This document shows, in pieces, positions 28,924 through 41,745 of a DNA stretch of 64,000 bases. The position numbers and the translations under genes are program-made. The DNA comes from Octopus vulgaris (Eukaryota), in NCBI GenBank assembly GCA_951406725.2, contig OX597819.1, positions 119,536,001-119,600,000 of the forward strand, written 5' to 3'. The notes beneath the pieces were generated by a model. That model was given only the letters and a program-made list of their open reading frames with translations. It was not told where the DNA came from and made no database searches. The stretch's first letter is position 1. Every line of letters begins with the position of its first letter.

Positions 28924-29074
28924 GTATTCCATATATATATATATGTATGTATGTATGTTTGTGTGTATACGTATACATATACCCACATAATATATGTATG
29001 TCTGTGTGTATCCCTCTGTGTGGTGTAACAGTATATATGCATGAATGTACATATCTACATATATATATTTCTAG

Positions 29075-29111
<37 letters not shown>

Positions 29112-30277
29112 TTTTAAAACATCATCTATTGTGCAATGCCACCGCGGAATGTTTCCATCTACAATCTAATTGATGGAACATAGTTACAATTATATTAGTC
29201 AATTCAGGAGCTTGGAAAGAGCTAAATATTTTAACTGGTTTCAGTAGTAGTGCTTTTATACAATGAGTTGCCACATCGTCTGGCATATTATAGTCAAGAT
29301 TAATTTCAAATCATACACGAATTTACTAAGGATATATTTAGCGTTATCACCCATGTAGTTTTGATGGTATAAGGATTTATACAAGATAGGCATTTTGCAA
29401 GATCAGATGACAAATGGTCGGTATACAGCCAGTTCTTTTGTGGTTCATCATTTCGTATGTTCATCAGGTTCGACCACTAAAGCGATGAGATTTATTCTAC
29501 AGATTCCATGCCATTATGTGTGTTACTAGGAATATCATGTTATTCATTATTTCGAAACAAATTATGCAAACATGTGTTTTATTCGTATAACCCACGTTTT
29601 ATGAGACATGTTTTATTCACATTTTGCATGTGTAATACAAATATATACTCAACCAAAAAGTTGAGTAAACTTGTTGACAAATATGTGTGAGAGAGGGCGC
29701 GTGTGTGTTCACGTGTGCATGGCGTGTGTGTGTTGTATTTTATTTCTCAGAGCATTATTGCATATAATCTATAGTAGTTCTTTTAAAAAGAAATTAAAGT
29801 TGAGTCAAGAAGTGTTCCATTGAATACACAATCGAATCATGGCAGATACCACAGCGTTTAAACTATATAATACAAAATAATTATTGTAGAAAATAGTTAT
29901 ATTTCAGAAACAAATAATTAGAAGATATTATGATGTTTACGATATTTATTTAAATGACTAATGCTAGCATTGGACTAATTACGAAAACATAAGATGCTTA
30001 AATTTCACAAGTCAAATTCAAAGTCGATATTCAGTTTTTCACAAGATTAACAGCTCTGTTATTTCGTGTTATATATGGTCAATAAACATCAGTCTGCAAC
30101 ATAAATCACTGTTTCTTTAAATATTGACTTCAATTGCTGGAAAACTTCTTTTTCACTCGTTTCAAGATATGCAAATTGATGATTATATTATCATTGACAT
30201 CTGTTGAAGTTTTACAGCAGACATTTTTTTCTCTTCAAAGTGAAATTAATTCAGCATACAAGCTAATTTATTGGCTA

Positions 30278-30321
<44 letters not shown>

Positions 30322-30401
30322 ATACATATGTATATATATACATATATACATATGTATATATATATATACATAAATATACACACACATATATGTATATATT
30401 A

Positions 30402-30432
<31 letters not shown>

Positions 30433-31312
30433 GTGTGTGTATATATATATATATGCATGTATATATATCTATATACATATATCAATATGCATACATACAT
30501 ATATGTAAAGCATTAAAAGAATAAAATATTTGAGAAACTAACGAGATGAGACGGATATGTAAATATTTTGCTTGTGTGCTTCTTGAAGAAATTATTTTTT
30601 TAAATATTTTTAATACCGCAAACATATGTATTCAGTCGATAAGATGCTGCTTTCATCAGTTCTCTTTCTTTTATATCTTCATAAACACATTGAGTATTTT
30701 TTTTCTAGTTTAATCATAAAAAATCTGTATATACATAAAATTTAATGTAAATTTGTTGACATTGATTCGATCGTAGTAAATTGCAAAGAAGGAAATGTAA
30801 TGTTAAACTAATCTGTCCATGTGAGTATGTTGTGATGTTTGCTTATCGATCTCCATAGTCGGTAGCATACCGCAGGCTTTTGTTACTGTAAAGCTGGTTT
30901 AAATATCGATAAGAACATTTAGAGTTTCTGCATGTATACGAGAAGTAAAGAATAATTAAGGCTTCCTTTTGACAAGTTAACCAAGTTATATTGAATTTGT
31001 TGCAACTATTTCGATTCATCCCAAGAGTTATCCGCTAGAAATAAACTTACATGAAATTCAATACCACTAAAACTACACACATCGAAGATATATAGACCCA
31101 CACTTGGTTTTAATACATCCCCACATTCATTCGCTCTACCTCTCTAGTTCTACAAATCTACATCTCTCCTCCACTCTGTCTACATGTTCTACACTTCTCC
31201 CTCTTTCTATTTTGTTCCCTGCATGGAGCCACAGTGGTGATAGTAGTCTTTGAAAACTTGGGGAGATTTTTTATTATGATAGTCATCATCATTATTATAA
31301 TTATTATATAAA

Positions 31313-31810
31313 CCGGAGAACTGGCAGAATCATTAGCACGCCGGGCGAAATGCTTGGCAGTATTTCGTCTGCTGCTACGATCTGAGTTCAAATTCCGCCG
31401 AGATAGACTTTGCCTTTCATCCTTTCGGGGTCGGTTAAGTAAGTACCAGTTACGCACTGGGGTCGATATAATCGACTTAATCCGTTTGTCAGTCCTTGTT
31501 TGTCCTGTCTGTGTTTAGCCCCTTGTGGGTGGTAAAGAAATAAGTATTTCGTCTGCTACTGCGTTCTGAGTTCGAATTCAGACGAGGTCGACTATGCCTT
31601 TCATCCTTTTGGGGTCGGTGAATTAAGTGCCAATAAAACAGTGGGGTCGAGTAATCGACTATCTCCCTCCACCAGATTTGAAATCTTGTGCCTACAGTAG
31701 AAATATTAATATCATCAAAGGCGGGGAGCTGGCATAATCGTTAGCTCGCCAAGCGGTATTTCGTCTGCCGCTCCGTTCTGAGTTTAAATTCTGCCGACGT
31801 TGACTTTGCC
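31313..31810 (+). mobile_element. SINE family B dimer (31313-31702) plus an adjacent 5' fragment
   Basis: A full unit, then the GAAATAAGTATTTCGTCTG junction into a second body with an alternative tail. New head at 31719. Confidence 0.85.
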
Positions 31811-31931
31811 TTACAACTATCCAGGTAACAACTATCCTTACAACTATTAGGTACCAGTGAAGCACTGGGCTCTATCCTTACAACTATCCTTACAACTATT
31901 AGATACCGGTGAAAAACTGTGATCGATTAGT

Positions 31932-32110
31932 CTTTTATTCTTTTATTCTTTTACTTGTTTCATTCATTCTGGAGCACTCCTTCAGTCGAACAAATCGACC
32001 CAGGATTTATTCTTTGTAAGCCTAGTACTTAATTTATTGGGGTCTTTTACGGAAGTGACGGAGACATAAACACACCAGCATCGGTGGTCGAGCGAAGGTA
32101 GGACAAGCAC
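31932..32110 (-). mobile_element. SINE family A, 3' part
   Basis: CTTTTACTTGTTTCA...GGAGCAC...TTATTCTTTGTAAGCCTAGTAC...ACACCAGCATCGG. Confidence 0.75.
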
Positions 32111-32132
32111 AAACACACAAATAAACACAAAC

Positions 32133-32217
<85 letters not shown>

Positions 32218-32599
32218 TATATATATACACACACACACAAGCAAAACGCTCACCCCCCGCCGTACAATGGACGGTGCTGAGTTTTCAAACATATAAACCA
32301 AATTTTCTCAAAACAACTTGTCCGACCGTCCCTTAGGCCTCCCCTTTGAGAAACACAGATTTAACCTAAATTTGAGACACCAGCAAAAGAAGAAATAAAG
32401 ATAGACTTTTTTTTCTATTCCAAAGAAAAACGGCTTTATCGATCGCATTGTTTATCTATCGATTTTTGTAATTTTTTTCAAGACTTATACACGCCCCGAT
32501 ACCGTCGGTATCTACACATCAAATGAGTACAATCGAATGGAGGATGCCCGAGATCCTAGAAGACACACACACACAGAGACAGAACGGATTATATATATA

Positions 32600-32763
32600 T
32601 ATATGACGGGTTTTTTCAGTTTCCGTTGACCAAAGCCACTCACAATGCTTTAGTCGGAGCGAGGCTATTCTCGAAGATACTTGCACAGGGTGCTACTCAA
32701 TGGGACTGAACCCGGAACCATGTGGTTTGGAAGCAATCTTCTTACCACTCAAACAGTTCTGCC
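32600..32763 (-). mobile_element. SINE family A, 5' part
   Basis: CAGTTTCCGTTGACCAAA...TGGGACTGAACCCGGAACCATGTGGTT. Confidence 0.75.
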
Positions 32764-33088
32764 TCTGTGTATACTCACACACACACACATTTATATAATA
32801 TTTTATTTCAGTATTTTGACTCAAGTAAGAAGTTCTTGGACACCACTCGCACCGCCCGTTTCAACAAAAACTGAACGGTTTCCTGACAATAATCACGGAT
32901 AAACTTTCCTATATGATTTTTTTTTTCATGAAATGCTTATATGGACAGTCCGACATCCAAAACTGCGTGGAAGGAATTTAAGTCGAAATGTTGCCTGCAC
33001 AATCATTTAAGGTCATTTTCTTTAATGAGTCGGAGGAAATTACTCTTAGTATTATATCTGACGCTTTAACTATTCTGCCACAACACTG

Positions 33089-33280
<192 letters not shown>

Positions 33281-34456
33281 TTAATAGTAATATATGTGTA
33301 TATACATAAACGTAAACATACATATATATTTATATATGCAAATATCTTATGTTTCAATCCAATTTTTGTGTCTTCCTACGTGTACGTGTGTGTATCTGTG
33401 TGTCTGTGTCTGTGCGTTTCTCTGTTTGCGTCTGTGTAATTGTCTTTGTGCGTCCGTTCCTGTGCGAATGTGTGAATGTGTTTGTGTGTGTATGTTTGTG
33501 TGTGTTTGTGTGTGTGTGTGTTATAGCAATTATTTCAAGAAATTATATAAAATATTTTGTCACTCATTATAGAGGATCTCATTCAAAATATCACTGTTTG
33601 TGCAATTTACTCTTGGCAATATACACAATGAATAGAGAAGTGTCTCTGATGAAATATAAAGTCCTATTAAACGGAGATTAAATTTCTTGAGTCTTTCTAT
33701 TCAAGAACAACGCAATCGATATTGTTAATTCATCTATATTGCCCGGGGAAATGAAGAAAAGAGTGTGAATTTATCAGAAATGCGTAGATAGCTGTTTCTT
33801 CAGTTAGTTTTATGCCGTCGTAATGTGATGGTATTTGCAGGACAAAGCAGTCGCAGTCGCAGAGAAGTGTAGCAGAAAGTAGCTGCGTATTACTTAAATG
33901 GAACTTGATCATAAACTAAAACAATGCGTTACCTTGGATATTATTCATAAATCATTTCTAGATACCTGAAGATAATAATCTACTGAAATATGCAAACATA
34001 CAAACACGAGACTGATATATTTCTTCATAAACACTTTAATATGACTTGTAGTTAACTGGAAAGTACTCAATACGTTTCGATAGAGTCCATAGTAATTACT
34101 ATATACCGACGTTTTCAAACTAGCGTCATTTCAGTTTGCAGCCCGTTCTTTTCTGCGTGCGGTAGGGACATTTTCAAAACTTTTCTGAATTTCAAAACCT
34201 GTATTATTGTTTTCTCACCTTGTCTCTAGAAACGAAATTCACATTACGAGTTAAGAAGTTACATTCTTGCATCAAGAACTGACCGAAGGTTTATCACAAC
34301 ACTGAGAAGTTTCACATTATCCTCTATCCACTTCTACAGTTAAGTATCAAGAAAATCCTCATTTTGACCAAACAATGTATTTACAAAAACCTGCTTTTAT
34401 ATTCCTAAATAAAATTTTCGCATTTACTTAAGTCAAAAATATTGTTTTAAAGTATG

Positions 34457-34751
34457 TTGTTGTTCCTTCTCGAGCCACGCCTGGCTCATAAGGGCTGGTT
34501 TTCCAAATTCCGTGGCGTATAGGTTCCCCACATAAACGGGACGCCAGTCCGTCGCAGGTAAACTGCAAGAAGCAGGAGGAAATGGTGAGAGAAAGTTATG
34601 GCAAAAGAGTCAGCATAAGTTCACCATTACCTTCTGCCGGAGCCGCGTGGAGCTTAGGTTTTTCGTTCATAAACAGACACATCACCTGGTCTGTGATTCA
34701 AACCCGCGATTCTTCGACTGCGATTCTAACCACTAGGCCATCTGCTTCCAC
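34457..34751 (-). mobile_element. tRNA-headed SINE (family C) with a different 3' tail ending (ACA)n
   Basis: Head and body like 38447-38813. TSD GTTTTAAA(G/T)TATG at 34444-34456 and 34752-34764. Confidence 0.85.
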
Positions 34752-37625
34752 GTTTTAAATTATGGCAGGCGGAAAATCCGAAGTAGTTCTTTCGTGTTAT
34801 CTTATTTCTATTCGATATTTTTTTTCAAGCATAGTCTATGTGATTAATTTCACCTTTCACTTTTTTAAATAACATTTGAAAAGGTTACTTTCACATCCTG
34901 GATATTTTGAGGGACACGTGCCATTCGCTTTGTGTATTGAGTATTGAGCAAGTACTCTGGGATGAGGAAACATCTTTGCTCTTCTGCTTGCGGTTTCTGA
35001 CATTTATTTTCAAAGCTCTCAAATCTCTGTATTCCCTGGATTGCATAATGGCTCCCTTCACTTCAGGTTCGATATCAATAATTCTGCATGTGGTCTTTTG
35101 AGATAGAACAGTTTTTTTTACAGATTAAATGCTGGGGTCTTCAGTAAACTAATTGAATGCATGACTAGTGAGAACATAATTCTGATTAATAAAAAGTGTT
35201 TTGCAGCACTCTTTTTTTTTGCACCAATGATTTTTATTTGCTTAGGTTTTGTGCAATTTCATTACTGAGTTTGAAAATGCTGCTCTAGTGTTTGAATTCT
35301 ATCCTTGTTTGAATTGTGCCCTTGAACAGCACATGAGAGTAAGAAACATGCAATGTTTTTATTCACACATGATTGCAAGATATATTATGAACGTCGTAAT
35401 ATATCTTGCCGTTGAAAGAAGATGAGTGCAACAAGCAAAGTACCTAGTTAGAAAATTTCTATACGAAATGAACTGAGTAACTATACCGAGAAGTAATGTT
35501 TGACGCCATATTAACATGGGTGTCCCATACGAACAGATGTTACTCCCATTTTTTAACCCCGAGTTGATGCCTCTTCTAGCTGATTACTGATGCAATCTGC
35601 ACCAAATATATACTGCAAGCAGGGGAGCGAAGCCATACCATCTAGCGACTTGACAGGACACCCAGACCGGACGGTTTCGCGCTATTGTTTTCTAATCCTC
35701 AGGGATCGAATTAGACCGCTCAGGCTCGCAATATATAGAGAAATAAATGACAATCAGCCGCTGATCTTGCAAGAAGCAACGTATCTAGACAGATCTCTAT
35801 AAGAGATGGAAGTAGTAACTACACTAAGAACTAATGTTTCTTCCCACTTCAACATAGCGTTACTACCATTTTTAACCCCAAGAAAACGCCTCCTTTTGCT
35901 GGTTATCGATGCACTCTGCACCAGATATATTTTGGGATATATTTTGCAAAAATAAAAATGTTTTAGTAACGTTGGTTCTTTCGGAACTGCCATGCTCAAA
36001 TAGGTGTAGTGTATATTTCACAATTACATTAACACCTTTTGAGTTTTGACTAAAAGTCGCAAAACTTTATAAGAATTATTTCGCGCGTGGCACAGTGCAA
36101 TTCTAAAGAGAGCCATAATGCACTTCGAAGAAATTTGTAAACTCTGAAAACACTTGGAATGCTTTATTTTTTCCGGTGTGTTACATAAGTAGAAAATATA
36201 ATATCTGAAACCAGCGGCTCACCCCTCTTCCTTCGTTAAATACAATGCTCTTATAAACATACACTACAAAAATGTATTAGTTTTAAAAATGTACCTCAGT
36301 TCTGGTGTGTAGTGACTATCCTACATTTTAAAACTTCTTATAATAATTAGTAGACTCTCTATCCGTACTAGCTGCTTCACGGTTTATTTTAAAGTTGTAA
36401 AAATTAAGACCCCGAACTAAGGCGCCCAGTAAATGCTGGTCGGAATGCTTTTTAAACTAGCCTATTCTAATATGAGATGAGCTTTGCATCTATTTTGCAC
36501 GTTCTTCATTCTACTGATTGCCATACAAAATTTTAGTTGTCGTTTGTGAGAATATACGTCCAGTTTTACAGTTCATGTACACTATCAGATGTTCTATATT
36601 AATCATGAAATCTAATCTATGAAGTAGGAATGTCGTGGAACAAAACAGAATCACTGTTTGGTTGCATTACAAAATGTTCTTTTATTCTCACTACATTCGT
36701 AGTAATCTTCCAAACATTTGCAATAAAGCTGTGCAATTTTTGTGCAACATATATTTGTAAAACATGAAGTTAATATAATATGTTCATGAATTCTTTACGC
36801 ACTACAGATTTCGACACCACTTGAAAGTCTCTTGTTCAGCTTAAAGATAAAGTACTAACGGTTATCTCTACCAATTATATACATTAAAGATGGTGGCGAT
36901 AGCTAAACTTCTACAACAAACAGGGAAGTATTGATGTATAAATGAGTGTATGTTCTACATTACCACAAATAATTGATGTCTTGTTTCATTATAGAAAAGG
37001 AGAAAGATGAACTAAAAGAAAAGAAGGGTGTTGTCGAAATGTGTTAGCTATGCAACGTGTTATGGTGTACTATACGATTACTGTGAATAGGGAAATCCAT
37101 GGGGAATGGATTTTTGGAGACAAAGAAGGCAAGAAGAGGAGGGTAGAGGCAGTGCTGGTAAGGTTGTCGTGAGTAATGAAATATTAGTTCAGTTGAATCG
37201 CTGTAGACATAACAAAAATGTGTATGACAAGGAATTTTGAGTATCCTATCTCTAATAAAATAAGCGATAGTGATTCACTATACACTATAGTTTTCTATAA
37301 TGTTCAAAATAATTTGGAGCACATTAAAATAGGGAATACATAATATAATTAAGGACGCTTTCAGTAGAATTCGTATCGAAAGTGTGAAGAAAGAGTAGAG
37401 ATGCCAACGAGGAGACTATTCAGTGGGTAAACTTGATAATGTACGAAGTGCAACGGAAAAGAAACGGTGCGCAAGAGGAAAAATAAATTGTTCATTGAGG
37501 TTTTGGTAACAAAATAATAACTATGTAGTGAGGTACTAAGAAATATTTTCAGAAAATTCATCTCGAGCGATCTATCTATCTGTTTGTCTCTTTGTCTATT
37601 TATCGGTTTACATATATACATGTAT

Positions 37626-37711
<86 letters not shown>

Positions 37712-37839
37712 TCACACACACGCACGCAGGCACACACATACACATACACATACATGCACACACACAAAGGATGTATCAATATTTTTAGGACAGGTATCAT
37801 TTTTTAAAGCTATTTTTTTACCTTACTTTACATATTAAT

Positions 37840-38890
37840 AATGTCGGACATCAGGCTGTCTCAGGAAGCCGTAACCTTTGTCTTAAAAGCACAGCATCGC
37901 GATGCAGATATAACTCAATTACTGAAATTAGCCCGATCCTTGGTTGTCAAAGTTCATTAGGAGCTAGGAGCTATTGAAGAGGATCCACCATCAGCAGCTA
38001 AACACAAAACGCATGCACAGAGTCTTAATGCCATAAGAACATGTCAATTAGAGCCATTGTAAATGATCTAAAGGTTTCAGAATACATAGCAGAAGAATTG
38101 TGCATGATGACACTCGGTACAAGTCATATGTGATGTAGATTCGTCAATTTATGCCGGACGTGAGAGAGGATACTCGTTCGAACCTTACCGTACAAAGAGA
38201 TCGCTTAACCATTTGAAACGCAAAGATGATGAAATGCTTTAGTTTTTCTCCGATGAAAACACCTTATATCAAGGCGAAAAAATAAGTCGAAAGAACTATA
38301 GATGGTCAAACGGCCATCCGAATGAAGTTACTGAGTTGTTGCATTCTAAGTTCTCAGCGACAGTGATTGTTCTACGAGTTGTCGGCAACGAGGGGGATAT
38401 CAACAAATACCCTTTTTTGCATGACTTAACATTTAATGATGCTGTTGAGCGAAGTGGTCTTCGTCTCAGAGCTCGCAAGATGGGAGAAGTCCGAAACGTG
38501 GTCCTTTGCTATTTGGAAGACCTGCAGAAGAGAAAGCAGGTCAACCCCCGACACCGAGAGCATCGACTGATGGATGAATGCGCATGCAGGCTCAGCGGTT
38601 GCGTAGGAAGTCGGGGACAAGAAACAGGAAGAAAGAGTGAGAGAAAGTTGTGGCGAAAGAGTACAACAAGGGTCGCCATCACCCCCTGCCGGAGCATCGT
38701 GGAGCTTTAGGTGTTTTCGCTCAATAAACACACACAAAGCCCTGTCTGGAAATCGAAACCGCGATCCTCCGACCGCGAGTCCGCTGCCCTAACCACTGGG
38801 CCATTGCGCCTCCTAATGATGCTGTTTACATAAAGGTGTTAGATAAAGTTGTAACGCTCTAGATAGACGGAGAACACATCGGACAACTTT
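37840..38890 (+). mobile_element. Decayed maT/mariner transposase interrupted by a SINE
   Basis: SIRAIVNDLKVSE, RRIVHDDTRYKSYVM, FFSDENTLYQ...NYRW, HSKFSATVIVLRVVGNEGD. After removing the SINE: TFNDAVYIKVLDKVV. Confidence 0.75.
38447..38813 (-). mobile_element. tRNA-headed SINE (family C), full length, 13-bp TSD
   Basis: Head GGAGGCGCAATGGCCCAGTGGTTAGG...GGTTTCGATTTCC (A/B boxes). TSD TAATGATGCTGTT at 38434-38446 and 38814-38826. Confidence 0.9.
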
Positions 38891-39723
38891 GTCTTTCATT
38901 CGTTCGGTATCGATAAATTAAGTACCAGTTGTGTACTGGGGTCGATCTAATCGACTGGCTCCTTCCCCGAAAATTTTGGTTCTTGTATCTTAGAATATTG
39001 CTTGTATTCTTATCAAATCTTATTCTGAAATGGCTTTTTAATGAACTATTTGATATTCAGCGAGTAAAACTGCCAGTTGTCGCCAGGGTTACTTTCATAC
39101 GACCAAATTAAATTAATACACTACTACATGATACCGATTAATTGTTCCTTCCCTTCTTAGTTCTACTCTAAACACACATATAGAAACTTATGTGCATACC
39201 TAAATGCATGTATAAACAGATACTCTCCCTCTCCCTCTCCCTCTCTCACTCACACACACACATATGTACACAAGTATGTTTATCTATATGTTGCAATGTT
39301 GCAACAGCAGATCAATACAAGCGTATATGTCCGTTTGTGTGCAGTTTATTTTCTTCATATAACTCTGTACATAAGTGTATTTGTGTGCGTTTATTTGTGC
39401 TCGTATACGAGCAATTCTTTATAAACGTCAATATGTGTCTCGTATAACGCATAGAAAACTCTGTATGCGTTATGTCAGAAAAACTTTTGGTACGTCAGAG
39501 GTCTTTAATTAGGTATCCTGTTCAGTTCCGATAATCTAGTGTATAGGCAATGTCTTGAAATTATTGATGCAGAAAGACACGGGAACTAAAGCGTAAATGA
39601 ATCAACATTTGGCAGATTGTTAACACGGCGTCATTCTGGGAGGAAGACAAAAAAATAATAAAATTCAAGATATTTTTATATCCAATTTACAACGAATGTT
39701 AAGAATGTGAGATTAATATGATT

Positions 39724-39742
39724 TTATTATTATCGTTGTTAC

Positions 39743-39821
<79 letters not shown>

Positions 39822-39840
39822 TTATTATTATTATTGTTAC

Positions 39841-39918
<78 letters not shown>

Positions 39919-39938
39919 TAGAACTATCATCATTATTA
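39724..39938. repeat. (TTA)n microsatellite
   Basis: Direct inspection. Confidence 0.95.
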
Positions 39939-40179
39939 TATATGAGTGAGAGAGAAGCATACCGCATAAAAGTGATTCTGAAATACAAATATACGAAACC
40001 CACTACACCCATCATGGTAAACCGTCTGATAAGAGTACATCATATGTGCATAGCATAGTGACTACTTGCCTAGTCATGTAGGACTTCGTACCTATTTATT
40101 TATGAACATGTATTCTTGTATATTTATATATTTTATGTATATTTATGTATATTTTATGTATATTTCTTTCTCTCCTTGT

Positions 40180-40360
40180 TTATTTCCTATGCTTGTTTCT
40201 CTCCTTGTTTTTTCTGTGTCCCTTTCTGTAGAAGAGCGTAGGCTCGAAAGGTAAAAGAGTTTTTGTATTACTGAGCGTTATAATAATACATCTGTTTGTT
40301 TTGTACACCACCTGTCTTCGTCTTTTGTATTGTTTTTTTTTTCGTAAACTCTCCCTATTT
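40180..40360 (+). mobile_element. Short pLTR-like element containing a hammerhead-like motif at 40222-40257
   Basis: CTTT CTGTAGA A GAGC-GTAG-GCTC GAAA GG T A AAAG; homologous to 5678-5822. Confidence 0.65.
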
Positions 40361-40646
40361 TATGTATATGTAGATATATGACTGTATGTATATATGTGTG
40401 TATGTGTGTGTGTGTATAATACTAAGTATTTTATAGAAAGTATGGGCTATTTACGGAGTGCTCGTAGAGGGCCAACGCGGGATAAACATTCCTGTATTTT
40501 GTATTATGTGTGTGTGTGCGCGTGTGTGCGTGCGTATGTGTGTGTGTACACACAACCCACTAACAACAACTAAATTCTACTTATTGATATGTCTAGATTC
40601 TAAAGATTCTTGTAACTGATCTATATAGATACATATATATATATAT

Positions 40647-40812
40647 CCGTCTTCCCTTCCTTGGATCTTTCTTTTTCCTATGTTTCTGACGAAGAGCTCC
40701 GCTCGGAACGTTAAATCCTCCTACTTTCCTTTCCTGAGCGTCCAATAACACTATACTTGTTCCATGCCCTCGCGGTGTTGTGCTTTTCTTTTTGTGTTTT
40801 CATGTTTGGATT

Positions 40813-40816
<4 letters not shown>
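40647..40816 (+). mobile_element. Short pLTR-like element between TA tracts with a hammerhead-like motif at 40682-40716
   Basis: GTTT CTGACGA A GAGC-TCC-GCTC GGAA CG T T AAAT (GAAA reads GGAA in this copy). Shares downstream CTGAGCGT..AATA with 40180-40360. Confidence 0.65.
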
Positions 40817-40854
<38 letters not shown>

Positions 40855-40862
<8 letters not shown>

Positions 40863-41094
40863 ATATTTCGGAATGGTCATATTGCCAGTTTAGCCAATAA
40901 AAACACACGCACTATATATTTGGTGTTATTTTGCTTCAGTGATATTTATTTTTTACATTAATCTTAATCTTATTTCGGCCAAAGTTCTTTCGTCACACTC
41001 CTGTGACCGCATCAGTGGTCCTTTGTTTTCTTCTCACTTACTTGTGTCTCTCCTTACTAACCGTCAGCCATTTTGTATTTCTATTGTATGTCTT
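40855..41094 (-). repeat. Inverted copy of the PLE 3' pseudo-LTR (240 bp)
   Basis: Reverse complement of 44307-44546. ORF-track peptides from 40939(+) and 44462(-) are identical over 52 residues. Confidence 0.95.
40977..41021 (-). ncRNA. Same hammerhead-like motif in the inverted pLTR
   Basis: Reverse complement of 44380-44424. Confidence 0.6.
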
Positions 41095-41745
41095 GAAACA
41101 GATAACAATACTCATAGGAACAAAAATAACCACCGCAACAGGGGGATTGACAGGGACCAACAGACAGACATAAAACCCAACACTAATATAAACAACACAT
41201 ATACCAGAAACAGGAACAATGAATATATCACTAGCGATGATAGTAATAATGGCAATGGTAGGAATAAAGGTAATAACAATAATAGTGGTAGTAGTAGTGG
41301 TGATGGTAACAGTAGAAGTAGTAATGAGGATAGTAGTGATAGTTGTGGTGGTAATAGGAATACTAGTAGTAGTAGTAGTGGTAATGGTGATAATAATAAT
41401 AGGAAGGCTGATGTTGGAAACAGTAACGATAATGAAGATAACCCTAGAGAGACCATTGACATGTATACCCATCCCTTTGACACTCAATTCTTCAACGTAT
41501 GCGACAAAACTTACTGCATGAACCGAATTTATCCAACAACATTACCCTTCAACAAAAGAGTATACATCCCAAGACGTACTAATGACCACATGGAAGCACA
41601 GTTCACTATAGCTAGGACCAAACTTAGAAAGATTTTAGGATTATACATTAAGAGACAGAGACAGAATAAGACAGATGCCTAACAACTAGGGATTAAACCT
41701 GCATGTGGCCTACAGAAGCTCATTCAGCGCACGAGGAACGGAGAG
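41095..41745 (+). pseudogene. N-terminal part of the same PLE ORF, in frame, broken by a single TAA at 41680-41682
   Basis: Same frame as 41746. After the TAA it reads [31 protein letters not shown] without stops. Contains TLPFNKRVYIPR and an N/S/G-rich low-complexity segment. Confidence 0.8.

Noticed and set aside
33930-35150. Exon-like minus-strand segments with AG/GT borders
   Set aside because: Stops or frameshifts in the candidate frames and no recognisable protein.
38740-38813. Functional tRNA gene
   Set aside because: A and B boxes are present but there is no full cloverleaf; it is the head of a TSD-flanked SINE.
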